Source: a virus. From it: DNA of 64,000 bases. The DNA lies in the IMG/VR virus record IMGVR_UViG_3300037264_003921, positions 61,264 through 125,263 of that record; one strand, given 5' to 3'. Position numbers and translations under genes: made by a program. Under the pieces are notes generated by a model. It did not search any database. It saw only the letters and a list, made by a program, of their open reading frames with translations, and was not told the origin of the DNA. This document shows, in pieces, positions 1 through 10,083 of this stretch (position 1 is the first letter of the stretch; every line of letters begins with the position of its first letter).

Positions 1-1
1 A

Positions 2-652
2 CGGGTTAGTTCTATAGGATCCCTGACGAACTCCCATTCGACATTGAGCTTGATCGACTAATATTTCACAATTCTCAGTTGTAATACTTATCGTCGCTTG
101 TAATTGTGGGATTATTGGAGCAATACGATTAAAATCAAAATCATAAAGTGGCAAAGGCATTAGCCCGACTTCTAAAGTCCTGATTTCTGGTTTTCTAAAT
201 ATTCTATCAAGAGCTTCGAATCCTATCCGTGGAACAACCAATCCGTCATCTAAGTAAAATCCCTCTGGAAATACAAAAAATTTATTACATTGCGAGTGCC
301 ATAATGTTTCATTATCTAAATCGAAATCAGAACCATTACTTGGTCCTGGATCTGACCCTAAAAATCTCCATACATCAATGTACGCCGATGGAGCAACAAA
401 ATCTGATGGAATATCAAACACAATAGAAAACGCCCCTAGTTTATCAGCAACTGGGGTCAATGGTGCTGGATACGATGGGTCGTCAGGGCCGACAATTGGT
501 ATCTGCGCGACTAAGCTCTCAGGCTTTTCTGACCCTTGATATATATCAATTCTTCTTATCGCAAATGGGTCTGTCGGGATCCCATTCTTATAAAATGTTA
601 CATTTAGTTCTACTGGCCCGCCAGTGCTTGATGATATTCTTGATGCTACCAT
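2..652 (-). CDS. hypothetical virion/baseplate-region protein, 3'-truncated by window edge (not in ORF track)
   Basis: Hand translation from ATG at 652 (MVASRISSSTGGPVELNVTFYKNG...) stays open to the window edge; CAAAGATA motif just upstream; follows baseplate genes. Confidence 0.7.
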   Translation of the reverse strand, partial: MVASRISSSTGGPVELNVTFYKNGIPTDPFAIRRIDIYQGSEKPESLVAQIPIVGPDDPSYPAPLTPVADKLGAFSIVFDIPSDFVAPSAYIDVWRFLGSDPGPSNGSDFDLDNETLWHSQCNKFFVFPEGFYLDDGLVVPRIGFEALDRIFRKPEIRTLEVGLMPLPLYDFDFNRIAPIIPQLQATISITTENCEILVDQAQCRMGVRQGSYRTNP

Positions 653-688
653 ATAGTCTTGCGTATCTTTGCTATCAAAAAATACGGA

Positions 689-898
689 TTATATCGGCGG
701 ATTACCTGGGCTCTTTGGTATCTTGCCAGTGGCAGCTGCTGGCGCGGTAGTATTATCTCTCTTATGCTCTTTGTCGGCTCTTTTCAACCACCACTCTCTC
801 TCTTCTGCTGTCATATTAAATTGTTCGTCTAAACTGAGATTGGCAAAATGTTTAAGCAGAAACGATTCTTCCATTAGATGTCCCCACTCATTTTCCAT
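689..898 (-). CDS. small baseplate hub assembly protein (gp51-like)
   Basis: 69 aa with F-LL...LS....MT..ER.WW pattern, directly after gp26-like gene as in T4-like tail modules. Confidence 0.6.
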   Translation of the reverse strand: MENEWGHLMEESFLLKHFANLSLDEQFNMTAEEREWWLKRADKEHKRDNTTAPAAATGKIPKSPGNPPI

Positions 899-1790
899 CG
901 CTTCTGGAGACCGTTGGGCGAAAAAAGCTCTCCGTAATCGGAAGCTCCATTCTCATCTCATTAGAGCATGATATGCATTTTATAGTTATCGTAGTGTCTA
1001 TACTAGGAGACGCTGTACGTAGAAATTCCCTTATTGTAGCAGTGTCAGATGCATGCATTCGATGGCTAATTAAATCCTTAATCTTAGACCGATCAGCAGA
1101 TCCCATTGCTTCCATAACGAGCATATTAAGACTTTCCTCTAATGTGTCATCGATCGATTCAACTTGCCTATTTGGACCTTGGATCTTCTTGGTTGTCTTA
1201 CGTGTATTGATCATAGCTTGCATATCATACCCACGCATTAGACGTACTTTAACCCAAAATTCCGCACCGGCTTTTTTCGTTAAATGCGGTAGTACTACTT
1301 TAAACGGCTCTTCTCCTAGTTCTGGTTTTGGTCTATTAATTGTTTCTGACAATCTATTAAAATCATATTCATGTGTGCTTGCTTCACCACAATCTTCATT
1401 CGTACACTTCACGATGAATTCATATATATTGCCATATGTGATGCCACGAAGATAATACAGTAAAAATACTCTATCTCCTGCCAATAGATTTAGTGGATCA
1501 AAATTTTGACCAGGAAATTTAACACATTTCTTAAATAAATGGTCGATCGACTTACCAGATTGGGCAAGACGTTGTGTAGCAAGAATCTTTTCAGCAGCTA
1601 AGCCCATAGGACGAACCTCAACACGACCATCTGGGACTGCGCCATTATAATACAGTCCCTTACTTGGAAGAATAACTTCCTCCCATGGCATAACCTGGTC
1701 TTCAGGCATCCGTAACACTAAGTCAAGTAAATCTTGTGGCTTTGATTCTACTGGTTTGTCTTCTGACATATACAAACTCCTATGATTCAA
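888..1790 (-). CDS. baseplate hub assembly protein (T4 gp26-like); probable start 1769
   Basis: LPSKGLYY, VRPM...EKIL, DR.FLL..LR..TYG, CxxxxC and CxxC, C-terminal LPITESFF. Confidence 0.75.
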   Translation of the reverse strand: MNHRSLYMSEDKPVESKPQDLLDLVLRMPEDQVMPWEEVILPSKGLYYNGAVPDGRVEVRPMGLAAEKILATQRLAQSGKSIDHLFKKCVKFPGQNFDPLNLLAGDRVFLLYYLRGITYGNIYEFIVKCTNEDCGEASTHEYDFNRLSETINRPKPELGEEPFKVVLPHLTKKAGAEFWVKVRLMRGYDMQAMINTRKTTKKIQGPNRQVESIDDTLEESLNMLVMEAMGSADRSKIKDLISHRMHASDTATIREFLRTASPSIDTTITIKCISCSNEMRMELPITESFFRPTVSRSDGK

Positions 1791-1826
1791 AATTATTTAT
1801 CTATGATACTATTGTTGTAGCTTGGA

Positions 1827-2351
1827 TTATTGTGGCTGTGATGGAGCTTCAATCTCTGCCCAATCATATGACAATATCATGTTAATCAACTTTATCTCAC
1901 TATTGTCATATGACAACTCACTGTGTGAAATGCTCTTCGGCCAACTATTCTTCAAAGTAAAAGTAGGCCCAGTTGATTCACCAACTCCATCTGTTAAAAT
2001 AAAAGAGCTCGTTTTCTTGTAGTCATTAGCAGAATTTATTCCTTCGCCGTTTGTATATACTTTATCTTGCCATGTCCTCATATCGCCTATCATACCCATC
2101 ACATCATAAAATGACAGAGATACATCTTCCCAATTAACTGTTTTAGCGAATTTGTATTTAATCGATGCACCGACAACAATCTCTTCTTCGATAGAAAATC
2201 CTGGTAATTGTATGCTTTTAGCGTATAACATCGTAGGCTTATTAATTAATCCCTCTCCAAGAGATGTGATACGCCACCGATGTGATCTGTGTGTAGTTAC
2301 GGTAATTGACGCTTCTGATGATGCATCAGATCCAATGTTAAATCCAGGCAT
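1827..2351 (-). CDS. tail tube protein 2 (gp19-like)
   Basis: WEDVSLSFYD, YKK...LTDG.G, L.NSWP..I...LSY; paralog of 2400..2933. Confidence 0.8.
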   Translation of the reverse strand: MPGFNIGSDASSEASITVTTHRSHRWRITSLGEGLINKPTMLYAKSIQLPGFSIEEEIVVGASIKYKFAKTVNWEDVSLSFYDVMGMIGDMRTWQDKVYTNGEGINSANDYKKTSSFILTDGVGESTGPTFTLKNSWPKSISHSELSYDNSEIKLINMILSYDWAEIEAPSQPQ

Positions 2352-2357
2352 TTTATA

Positions 2358-2395
2358 TAGTATTCCTATTGTTATGTCTGATAATAGGAATACTA
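2358..2395 (-). terminator. hairpin between the two tail tube genes
   Basis: tagtattcctattgtta / tgataataggaatacta near-perfect inverted repeat. Confidence 0.55.
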
Positions 2396-2399
2396 ATGT

Positions 2400-2933
2400 T
2401 TATTGATCTCTTGTAGCTCTATCGAAGCGCATAGTAACTTCAACTAGTTGGATATCTGTATTTGTGTAATCAAGATCTCCCCAATTAGTCTGTTGTGGCC
2501 ATACGCCTTTCAATGTCCATTGTTCAGATGTAGCACCTGTACCATCAGTCATTGACAGTTTCGCTTCTTTTTTATATGCTCCTGGTGTGGCAACTGATAT
2601 AGGGCCTCCACCAGCACCAATGCCACTTGTCGTGACTGTTGTCACCCACTTAAACATCTGCTCTGATACATCTGGATTCTGTTCAGCGTCATACCATGCT
2701 AGGCTGATTGGCTCCCATGACTGTTTACCAGCGAAATATGCTTGCTCTTGGTCATGGTGCATTATTGCTTCTTCATATTTAAATTGCGGTCTAGACGCTT
2801 TTTGCAAAAACAGCAAAGCCTCACGCTGTATTGGACCAATTGTTTCAAATAGCCAACGATGTTTACGTCGAGTTTCTGTGACGTTGGATGGTTCGTTACC
2901 ACCACCACCGCCTCCAATGTTAAATCCAGGCAC
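2400..2933 (-). CDS. tail tube protein 1 (gp19-like)
   Basis: YFAGKQSWEPISL, YKKEAKL.M.DG.G, W.LKGVWP....GDLDY, V.MRFDRA; downstream of sheath. Confidence 0.88.
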   Translation of the reverse strand: MPGFNIGGGGGGNEPSNVTETRRKHRWLFETIGPIQREALLFLQKASRPQFKYEEAIMHHDQEQAYFAGKQSWEPISLAWYDAEQNPDVSEQMFKWVTTVTTSGIGAGGGPISVATPGAYKKEAKLSMTDGTGATSEQWTLKGVWPQQTNWGDLDYTNTDIQLVEVTMRFDRATRDQ

Positions 2934-3067
2934 TTTAGCTTAGCCTCCTTAACCAAACATAAAAACGACATTATTGTCATTAATATTTTGATCAATGTAT
3001 TTCATAATTACAGCATATTTTTGACGCGTGATGTATAAACAAATATTGCGATTGTAAGGTTGATTAT

Positions 3068-3104
3068 ATACAGAAAGAGCCTGAGTATTACTACCCAGGC
3101 TCTT
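3068..3104 (-). terminator. intrinsic terminator-like hairpin after sheath gene
   Basis: Minus strand aagagcctgggta-GTAA-tactcaggctctt followed by tctgtat. Confidence 0.65.
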
Positions 3105-3114
3105 GTAAATCTTA

Positions 3115-5958
3115 TTATACTGTACTGGCACCAACAACGACCCCAGCCGCTGCAAGGACTTCTTCAGCAGCAAAACTCTGCTCTGTACGTAGAATCACCA
3201 AATTCAACACGATGAATTCAGCAGCGCGTGTTGGCTTTAGAAGAATTGCCACATGAAGTTCGTTTCTATCAATGCGTTCAGGCGTGTTATTAGTCGAATC
3301 GCATATTACCTTAAATGCCTGCAATCCCCTACGCGCCATTATATCTTCAAGGAATGGGGTTATAGCAGACCTTACTTCTGCAAACAATAGCTTGTCTATC
3401 GGCTCAAACAAGAAGAATCTCAATAGGCGAACAAGATTCTTCTTTAAGAATATCAATAACATACGCACATTTACTCGATCAAGAGCCGTCTGACGACGTT
3501 GTAGTGTTCTCTGTCCGAAAACCGTAATGCCATCCTGTGGGAATTTAACTATTGGATTGACAGCGTTGCCACTACCATACAATAGATCACGTTCACCTTG
3601 TGTAGCATTAAATTCAACATCAAGAGCTGTCAATAAATGGCCTCTCTGTAATCCTGCTGGAGCAAACCACTGCTCACGCTCTCTTGCAGTTCTTGCAAAG
3701 ACACTGGCCGCAAATCCTGATGGCGGAACGAATAATTCCTCACCTGAGAATTGGTTGAAGATCTTCAGCCATGGCCAATATAATGCGCCATAACTAGAAT
3801 TAATAGCCGCAGAAAGGTCACTAAGCAGCATACCGTTATGCCAATCAACAGCCTGTTGTGGCCTCAAGCCAAACGGACTATCAACTAGATAAAGCATATC
3901 CCCACGGCCTTCACACAACTGGAGTGCCTGACCAATTACAGAGCCAGAGCTTACACCAGGAATGCATAGCAAATTAGTGTCGAATACTTCAGGATTCTGG
4001 AATGCAAATAAGCCAGTGGAAGTAGCTGGATTGCCAATTATGGCACGATCAAGCTCTGAACTAAATACTGGATCCGTTGGAATACCATTAGCCTGGCCAG
4101 AGAATATTCTATTCGTAACAGGCGTTGGGTTACGGACCTCAAAGCTTGGATCAGATGGATCATTATTCAAATATGATGGACGTGCTTCCCATTCAACAAA
4201 TGGGTTACCATTTACACCACCTAACGTGCTTCCTGCATTCAGGACGTTGGCAAGGTATCTAGCTTCACTTGAATCGAAGCTGAGATCGTCTACCCTATCA
4301 ACCTCAACACCGCTCTGGAACACTCTAATTGAATATCTGTCACCAATACTATTAAACAATTCAACGGTCACCCTTAGTGGGTCTACCCATGTTCCTGGAG
4401 TCTTAGCAACTAGGAATCCAACTATATTTTCATAATATGAAGTATCAGCCTCGCATGTATCACTTGCTGGATCAAGCTCACAGCTTAATGGTATTGATGG
4501 TGTTACTGTGCCAGGTGCTGGTAATGAAACACGTGGATCAGAGAATCCACGGTAATTTCTAGTATACGGGAATGGAATGTCAAGCTCTTCAGCAAACTTT
4601 AAAGTTTTAATATATGAGAAGGTTGCTTGTATCTTCAAAATTGCCAATTTTACGTCATCAGATGAAATTATAACAACTCTCGACTCACCATCTGCAACTT
4701 GCAATGCGAAACTGTCATAATAACGGTTCCCAGCCTTGACGCCGCCAAGATTCAACGCATCAGAAACTTCAGTGGTGTCAAGAGTACCATTTGGAATAGA
4801 CATTTCAAGATCAACAGTTGCATCAACACCTATCGATGAAATCCTGACACGATTGTTCGCGTTATTGATTATATATGGACCAGGATCATTACTTAACAAA
4901 TAGCTTCTTGGAATATCAAACACAAATTGTGAAACGCCAACTTCGAGAGCCCATGCTTCAATAGCCATTAGTTGTATACGATCGCCAGCTAGCTTTGTTA
5001 CTATTTCAGGGATTCCGCCAACATTTTGGGCAAGATAGTCTTCACCGCTACCGACCAATACATTGAATGCATCAACAAACGTATCGGTGTCTGTGAATGA
5101 TACTGTACCAAAAGAAAAACTTGGTGCTGCGCCACCTTGGACTGAAAAAGAGAAAGTTCTATTATCAGGACGAGTCTTAAACGAGAATGAATCATCAAGC
5201 TCAAGCGGGTTCGACCCAGTAACAACTATAGCAAATATTAACCCACAATCATTATCGCCAGTGCCAACCAATATTGGTTCTGAAGTGCCCAACGTACCAC
5301 TTTCTACAACGGCCCCTGAATTTGTCGTCACTCCATCACTGTTTCTGACTATCTCAAATCTAGCATCATCCATCACCGATCCACTGCTAGGAGGTGGAGC
5401 CTGAGTGATTAATACAGTAAAACTATCATCAATAGCATCTAAATAAGTGTCACTCAAACCAGCGCCGGTAAAATCTAATGTCGCAACAGTGATTTCTGAT
5501 CCGCCATCGATATCAGTAAAACTTATATCGAATACAGAGCCATCATGGAATTCAAAAGGTGCATCAGCACTTGGTGTACGAAGCAATATGCGGCCATGAT
5601 CAATACCTTTAAACAATGGGATACGACCCCATCCTTCAATTTTTAAACCACTCGTATCAATAGCGATGGCGGCAAGCTCATCTGGCTGGCCATCCTCGGC
5701 TTCAACACCTACTCGCAATATATATGCTTGATTGCCTTCTTCCATATAGTTAAGAACAGCGAATCCAAGAGAAGATTCTCTTATTGGCTCTCCAAATGTA
5801 TCGATGAACTGCTGAGAATTTGACACAAATGTTGGGGTATTTACTGGACCTTTTTTGGCTGTTCCAATAAATACTGGCCTAAGCGGCCCAACTGCTGTTG
5901 GCAGTGCACTGAGGTCTATCTCTCGTGGAAAAACTCCCGGGGAAAGGAAAACCGCCAT
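3115..5958 (-). CDS. tail sheath protein (gp18-like)
   Basis: N-term SPGVFPREIDLS, FIGTAKKGPVNTP; C-term YGALYWPW, WFAPAG..RG, VNPI, FGQRTL, LDRVNVR, PTRAAEFI. Confidence 0.96.
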   Translation of the reverse strand: MAVFLSPGVFPREIDLSALPTAVGPLRPVFIGTAKKGPVNTPTFVSNSQQFIDTFGEPIRESSLGFAVLNYMEEGNQAYILRVGVEAEDGQPDELAAIAIDTSGLKIEGWGRIPLFKGIDHGRILLRTPSADAPFEFHDGSVFDISFTDIDGGSEITVATLDFTGAGLSDTYLDAIDDSFTVLITQAPPPSSGSVMDDARFEIVRNSDGVTTNSGAVVESGTLGTSEPILVGTGDNDCGLIFAIVVTGSNPLELDDSFSFKTRPDNRTFSFSVQGGAAPSFSFGTVSFTDTDTFVDAFNVLVGSGEDYLAQNVGGIPEIVTKLAGDRIQLMAIEAWALEVGVSQFVFDIPRSYLLSNDPGPYIINNANNRVRISSIGVDATVDLEMSIPNGTLDTTEVSDALNLGGVKAGNRYYDSFALQVADGESRVVIISSDDVKLAILKIQATFSYIKTLKFAEELDIPFPYTRNYRGFSDPRVSLPAPGTVTPSIPLSCELDPASDTCEADTSYYENIVGFLVAKTPGTWVDPLRVTVELFNSIGDRYSIRVFQSGVEVDRVDDLSFDSSEARYLANVLNAGSTLGGVNGNPFVEWEARPSYLNNDPSDPSFEVRNPTPVTNRIFSGQANGIPTDPVFSSELDRAIIGNPATSTGLFAFQNPEVFDTNLLCIPGVSSGSVIGQALQLCEGRGDMLYLVDSPFGLRPQQAVDWHNGMLLSDLSAAINSSYGALYWPWLKIFNQFSGEELFVPPSGFAASVFARTAREREQWFAPAGLQRGHLLTALDVEFNATQGERDLLYGSGNAVNPIVKFPQDGITVFGQRTLQRRQTALDRVNVRMLLIFLKKNLVRLLRFFLFEPIDKLLFAEVRSAITPFLEDIMARRGLQAFKVICDSTNNTPERIDRNELHVAILLKPTRAAEFIVLNLVILRTEQSFAAEEVLAAAGVVVGASTV

Positions 5959-5991
5959 ATTATTCTCCTAATGCTTTATCATCATCATGTG

Positions 5992-5999
5992 TATATTTG
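5992..5999 (-). promoter_or_regulatory. putative late-promoter motif CAAA(T/G)ATA (representative copy)
   Basis: Same 8-mer just upstream of starts at 664-671, 9702-9709, 11694-11701, 16736-16743, 23153-23160, 36307-36314, 52981-52988 (all minus) and 62324-62331 (plus). Confidence 0.55.
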
Positions 6000-6006
6000 C
6001 AATCAC

Positions 6007-7554
6007 CTATTTTTGCAACCATCTCACATAACGAAGCTTTTCTTTCCCAAGCACCTTATGCATCCCATATTTAATAGCATATTGATTTTCATCTAATTTA
6101 AGCCTAGCTGCATGATCCCACACAGTCTTCTTATGATACCAAGCGTTGTTAGCATCAACATACCAATAGTCAGGCTTTACAAACCCATCAAACTTCCATC
6201 CTGCAGCCCTATAGATTGTCCCTTCATGAGCATAAGTCGTATCGGCAAATGTATAGATCACCTTAACCAATGGCTTGTTACCTTTAATAAATCGTATAGC
6301 CTTTCCCAACAACATAGAAGCTAAATTCTTTTTTTGATATTGTGGATGTATCACAAATCTAGTCAGCTCTAATGCATGTTTAGAAAGTACATTAAGGCGT
6401 TTAGCACTTTGCTCTCTTGTAGGATGAGAGAAAACGGCAGATGCAATAATTTTATTATTCAGCTTAGCAACATATCTAACTGAACCAAATCTGCCAATAT
6501 TAGCCATATAATGGTACTTAGCAAACAAACTTCTTAATTCATCTGTAACATCGGCGCATTCAAATATGATATCACTAAAGTTGAAATCAATGATTTCATA
6601 TGGTTTATTAAGCCCAAGCTTTTCGCGAATAATATTTTCTACAAGTTGTCTACTACGGAACTCATAATCCCAAATTGCTAAAAGATCATAATCTTCACCA
6701 AAATAAGTTTTAAGGAATGTTGCTTTTGCATTATCATTAGCTTGTTTGTTCTTTGTATAATGCCAATAGCCTTGGCATTCAATCATCAAATTTTTCTGCA
6801 TCGACCCATGTTTCGGTATCTTGCAGTCGAATATATAGCCAGTAAAACGGCTATTCGTAGTAACAATTGGACCAACAGTGGTTTGAGCACCCTCAGCAAA
6901 GTATGGCACTTTAAGATCATCTAGTATTGAATATAAAGTTGTTTGTAGTGAAGACACTTTATTAGTATGCCACGAAGATAATCTAGCTTTATCCAGCACA
7001 TTGATCATTTTGTTTCTATATTCAGGCGACTGCCAAAGCTCCTTTGAGCGCTTAGAAGCAGCAGCGTAATATTTAGACTCAGATCTAAGCTCATGCTGTC
7101 GTTTGGCATAATCCTTATCAGCCCAAGCTTTTTTGCTGGTGTTACTAATATTCGTTTTGCCTTTATCAGAGCGCCGCCAGTGTAATCTTCGTTCACGCTC
7201 ACTAGCAGAACAATTTTCCCAACTACGTCGCTGGCTATATGCTATTTTACGCTTTATATTATTATTATGGACTTTTGCTGCATAATCAGGATCATCATGC
7301 AAATTAGCAAATTTCTTGCAATATGTCGGGTCCTTATATATTGGATTTGCACGCGACTCAGCTGCAAGTATTGGTTTCAAGCATTTATTGCATACCCATT
7401 GACCAGGCCTACGACGCTTCCTACGCCGATAATTCCCAACAGTTGTGCTTAATACAGCATAGCAAACAGCACATTTTAGTGTCAAATATGCAGCACTATC
7501 CAAAGATGCTGGCTGTTCAATAACCTGCTGATCTACAATGCCTTTAGATTTCAC
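6007..7554 (-). CDS. fusion: Zn finger + NUMOD3-like repeats + Vsr-like endonuclease + Mom-like GNAT-fold DNA-modification domain
   Basis: CxxC..CxxC, SK..W repeats, FD...IECQGYWH, then KYHY, LELTRF, N.AS..L, TFADT...HEGTIYRAAGW. Confidence 0.75.
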   Translation of the reverse strand: MKSKGIVDQQVIEQPASLDSAAYLTLKCAVCYAVLSTTVGNYRRRKRRRPGQWVCNKCLKPILAAESRANPIYKDPTYCKKFANLHDDPDYAAKVHNNNIKRKIAYSQRRSWENCSASERERRLHWRRSDKGKTNISNTSKKAWADKDYAKRQHELRSESKYYAAASKRSKELWQSPEYRNKMINVLDKARLSSWHTNKVSSLQTTLYSILDDLKVPYFAEGAQTTVGPIVTTNSRFTGYIFDCKIPKHGSMQKNLMIECQGYWHYTKNKQANDNAKATFLKTYFGEDYDLLAIWDYEFRSRQLVENIIREKLGLNKPYEIIDFNFSDIIFECADVTDELRSLFAKYHYMANIGRFGSVRYVAKLNNKIIASAVFSHPTREQSAKRLNVLSKHALELTRFVIHPQYQKKNLASMLLGKAIRFIKGNKPLVKVIYTFADTTYAHEGTIYRAAGWKFDGFVKPDYWYVDANNAWYHKKTVWDHAARLKLDENQYAIKYGMHKVLGKEKLRYVRWLQK

Positions 7555-7561
7555 ACTTTAT

Positions 7562-7831
7562 TTATTCTAAACTTCCTGATACAATCGATATCCTGCCAGC
7601 CTTTTGATGGTTAACAATTTGCTCACGTATCAAACGTGATACTGGAAACTTACCAGTCTTGCCACAATGCAGTATAACTGTCTGTTCGCCAATATAAAAA
7701 TCGACACCATTTGGAGCTCTCAATTGGATCGATACTGGCTGATTAGTAGTCTTATTACATAATGTTACATATGCCAAGCTACTATTTTTAGCCTTTGTGA
7801 TTTCCCTTTGTGTTATTGGTCTCTTTGCCAT
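7562..7831 (-). CDS. hypothetical protein
   Basis: 89 aa ORF with GGAGG RBS, in structural operon. Confidence 0.7.
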   Translation of the reverse strand: MAKRPITQREITKAKNSSLAYVTLCNKTTNQPVSIQLRAPNGVDFYIGEQTVILHCGKTGKFPVSRLIREQIVNHQKAGRISIVSGSLE

Positions 7832-7851
7832 CTTATACCTCCAATTTATTT

Positions 7852-8691
7852 TTATTTAGCAGGTTTAAAAAATTCTTCATTTATAACACTTCGTAACGGC
7901 TCAACAGCTTCAAGGAATTTGCCAGTCCTTTCATGCAAAGAAGTAACTTTTCCAAGTACTGTTGGAAGTATTTTTTCCGGCAATGGTAACCACCCTTCCA
8001 TTGTTACAGAAACATCATAACGCACTTTTGCTAATTCCTCAGCACCAATGTCAATATCTGAATTGTCTGTTGAGTCACCAAATCTTAGTTGAACATTACC
8101 ACGTAACCCAGACTCATCATCTATTTTAAATTCAGCCAATGGATGGAATCTAGTCATAATCTGATGCATAATATATTCAACATCACGCTTTCGTTCGGTC
8201 CAGACCGATAGCGTATAATCAATTAAAGCAGGCCATGGACGATATGTTAGTATAATTTTTGAACCATCATCATGGGCGAATCGTCTAGTCATGTTAATAT
8301 GTGGTGGACTAAATTTTTCCACATTGAAACGCCAGCCAGTACGGTTAATTGACATAACTGGCAATTTTATACGTCCAGATCTCAAATCTTGTTGCCATAT
8401 TAATAAGGTTTTATCCCCACCAGCAATCCTTACAGTCAAATCTCGCACTGAATCTTGTGTTGGCACTTTAATGTCTTCAAAATATCTCTTCATTCCAGTA
8501 TCCATTGAATAGAAACCACGCACAAGTACAGATCTAATGTCTTCTGGTTGGTTGAGATTGACATCACTATTAGTTAATTCATCTTTCTCTACTAGGTCTG
8601 GTTGTGTTGGTAGTGTTGATGATATCAACGGAGCTCGCTCTGTAGCTAAGTTCTTATTTGATCGTGGCAAAAATGTGAAGTTGTGAATCAT
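7852..8691 (-). CDS. tail terminator / sheath stabilizer (gp15-like)
   Basis: IKLPVMSINRT, P..IDYTLSVWT, QI..RFHP, EGWLP; position next to neck gene. Confidence 0.7.
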   Translation of the reverse strand: MIHNFTFLPRSNKNLATERAPLISSTLPTQPDLVEKDELTNSDVNLNQPEDIRSVLVRGFYSMDTGMKRYFEDIKVPTQDSVRDLTVRIAGGDKTLLIWQQDLRSGRIKLPVMSINRTGWRFNVEKFSPPHINMTRRFAHDDGSKIILTYRPWPALIDYTLSVWTERKRDVEYIMHQIMTRFHPLAEFKIDDESGLRGNVQLRFGDSTDNSDIDIGAEELAKVRYDVSVTMEGWLPLPEKILPTVLGKVTSLHERTGKFLEAVEPLRSVINEEFFKPAK

Positions 8692-9110
8692 TACTTTGCC
8701 TTCGCTTTCATTCCACCAATACCAAGCGCTTTAATAATACGATTCACATGATCGATGTTTTGCATTTCAACACGAATCTTTTGCCATGGCCTACCACCAT
8801 ATAATTCGTGCATACGGGCTGATTTATCGGCTTCTGTGTTAGGTGGTATATAAACAATCGCACGATCATTAACTATAAGTTTAGTAATAAACTTAGCAAT
8901 TTCAGATGGTTGCATACTATCTAATGGCTGCTTGGTATGTGGATTTTTCAGCGGATAGTACAACTGTTGGACACGTCTAATATAGTCCTCAATGACAGAT
9001 GATTTTACATAATCAGACAATGAATCAATAACAGAGCGACCAGCCCTCATTATGTTGGTCTTAAGCTCTAATTCCAATTCATCGGCATTTTTTACATTTA
9101 TTAACGGCAT
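8691..9110 (-). CDS. hypothetical protein (head-tail region)
   Basis: 139 aa, translationally coupled with both neighbours. Confidence 0.65.
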   Translation of the reverse strand: MPLINVKNADELELELKTNIMRAGRSVIDSLSDYVKSSVIEDYIRRVQQLYYPLKNPHTKQPLDSMQPSEIAKFITKLIVNDRAIVYIPPNTEADKSARMHELYGGRPWQKIRVEMQNIDHVNRIIKALGIGGMKAKAK

Positions 9111-9697
9111 TATTTAACTCTAACTTTCAATGTATCGTCACCAGTGATCAATTCACAAATTGCATTGACATATAACCATCTATATTGAAAAAATCCATCT
9201 TCTTTAGAATTCAAAATACGAAACATAAGAGGGCCAGTATCATATGGCGTTGGCAAATTATATGGTGCTTCTATCACATCACCAGGTTGTACCAACCTCT
9301 CATTTATAGACCCATCCATCATTAAACTCGCTCTCGAGAATACAACAGTTATTCTTAATGGTGTATCAACGCCCCATCTTGTTAATTCTGTCATCACTGG
9401 TTCTGGCTTGAAATAAGCTTTCATCTTTTTGCCAGCTCGATATATCGGGTCAGCATCCTCATCCCAAATTTCAAGCTCTTGTGAGTCACCCTTAGGTTCT
9501 TTTATAAATAGTGTAATCCATGCGCCTGAAATATTGATCATTTCTTCAGCTAAACGTTCAGCGTATGCTATATCAGGCTTGCCATGATTATATGTTGATA
9601 ATGGCGTGAATTGTTTTTCAACATCTGAGCGATGGTCTGGAATACTATCTATAGTAACAAATTGTTCACGCATTGCATCAAAGTTGTGTATTGCCAC
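9110..9697 (-). CDS. neck protein (gp14-like)
   Basis: EEMINISG, WDEDADP.Y, ELTRWG.D, PGDVI..P pattern; context. Confidence 0.65.
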   Translation of the reverse strand: MAIHNFDAMREQFVTIDSIPDHRSDVEKQFTPLSTYNHGKPDIAYAERLAEEMINISGAWITLFIKEPKGDSQELEIWDEDADPIYRAGKKMKAYFKPEPVMTELTRWGVDTPLRITVVFSRASLMMDGSINERLVQPGDVIEAPYNLPTPYDTGPLMFRILNSKEDGFFQYRWLYVNAICELITGDDTLKVRVK

Positions 9698-9726
9698 AAA
9701 GTATATTTGGATAGGACTATTTTAAA

Positions 9727-10080
9727 CTATGCTCTAGGTGGTAGATCTTCAGGTGTGATGTTATCAAAATCAATTGTAGTTGGAATTGGATAAGTTGGGT
9801 CATCATTGTTACCAAGGCCGCCATCATACCAACCTGTTGATCCTTTTGTACGAAACACAATCATATCATAGATAAATTTAAATTCAACTTCTGGAAATCT
9901 TTCTATGAGCATTCTGATATCTGGAAAATTAGTAAATCCGCCCATATAACCATGACTATCAAACCTCGTCGAACCAAAAGCATCATTGGCATCAACTAGA
10001 TTTACAAGTTCATCATAAACATTGGCAATCAGATCTTGATTTTCAACAGATTTTATGTCATCTTCTCCCGGAATAGCCAT
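9727..10080 (-). CDS. hypothetical acidic protein
   Basis: 117 aa ORF in operon. Confidence 0.6.
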   Translation of the reverse strand: MAIPGEDDIKSVENQDLIANVYDELVNLVDANDAFGSTRFDSHGYMGGFTNFPDIRMLIERFPEVEFKFIYDMIVFRTKGSTGWYDGGLGNNDDPTYPIPTTIDFDNITPEDLPPRA

Positions 10081-10083
10081 TCT

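Noticed and set aside
229-5404. Many plus-strand ORFs opposite tail genes, and similar antisense ORFs elsewhere
   Set aside because: Shadows of well-supported genes, with no motifs or RBS
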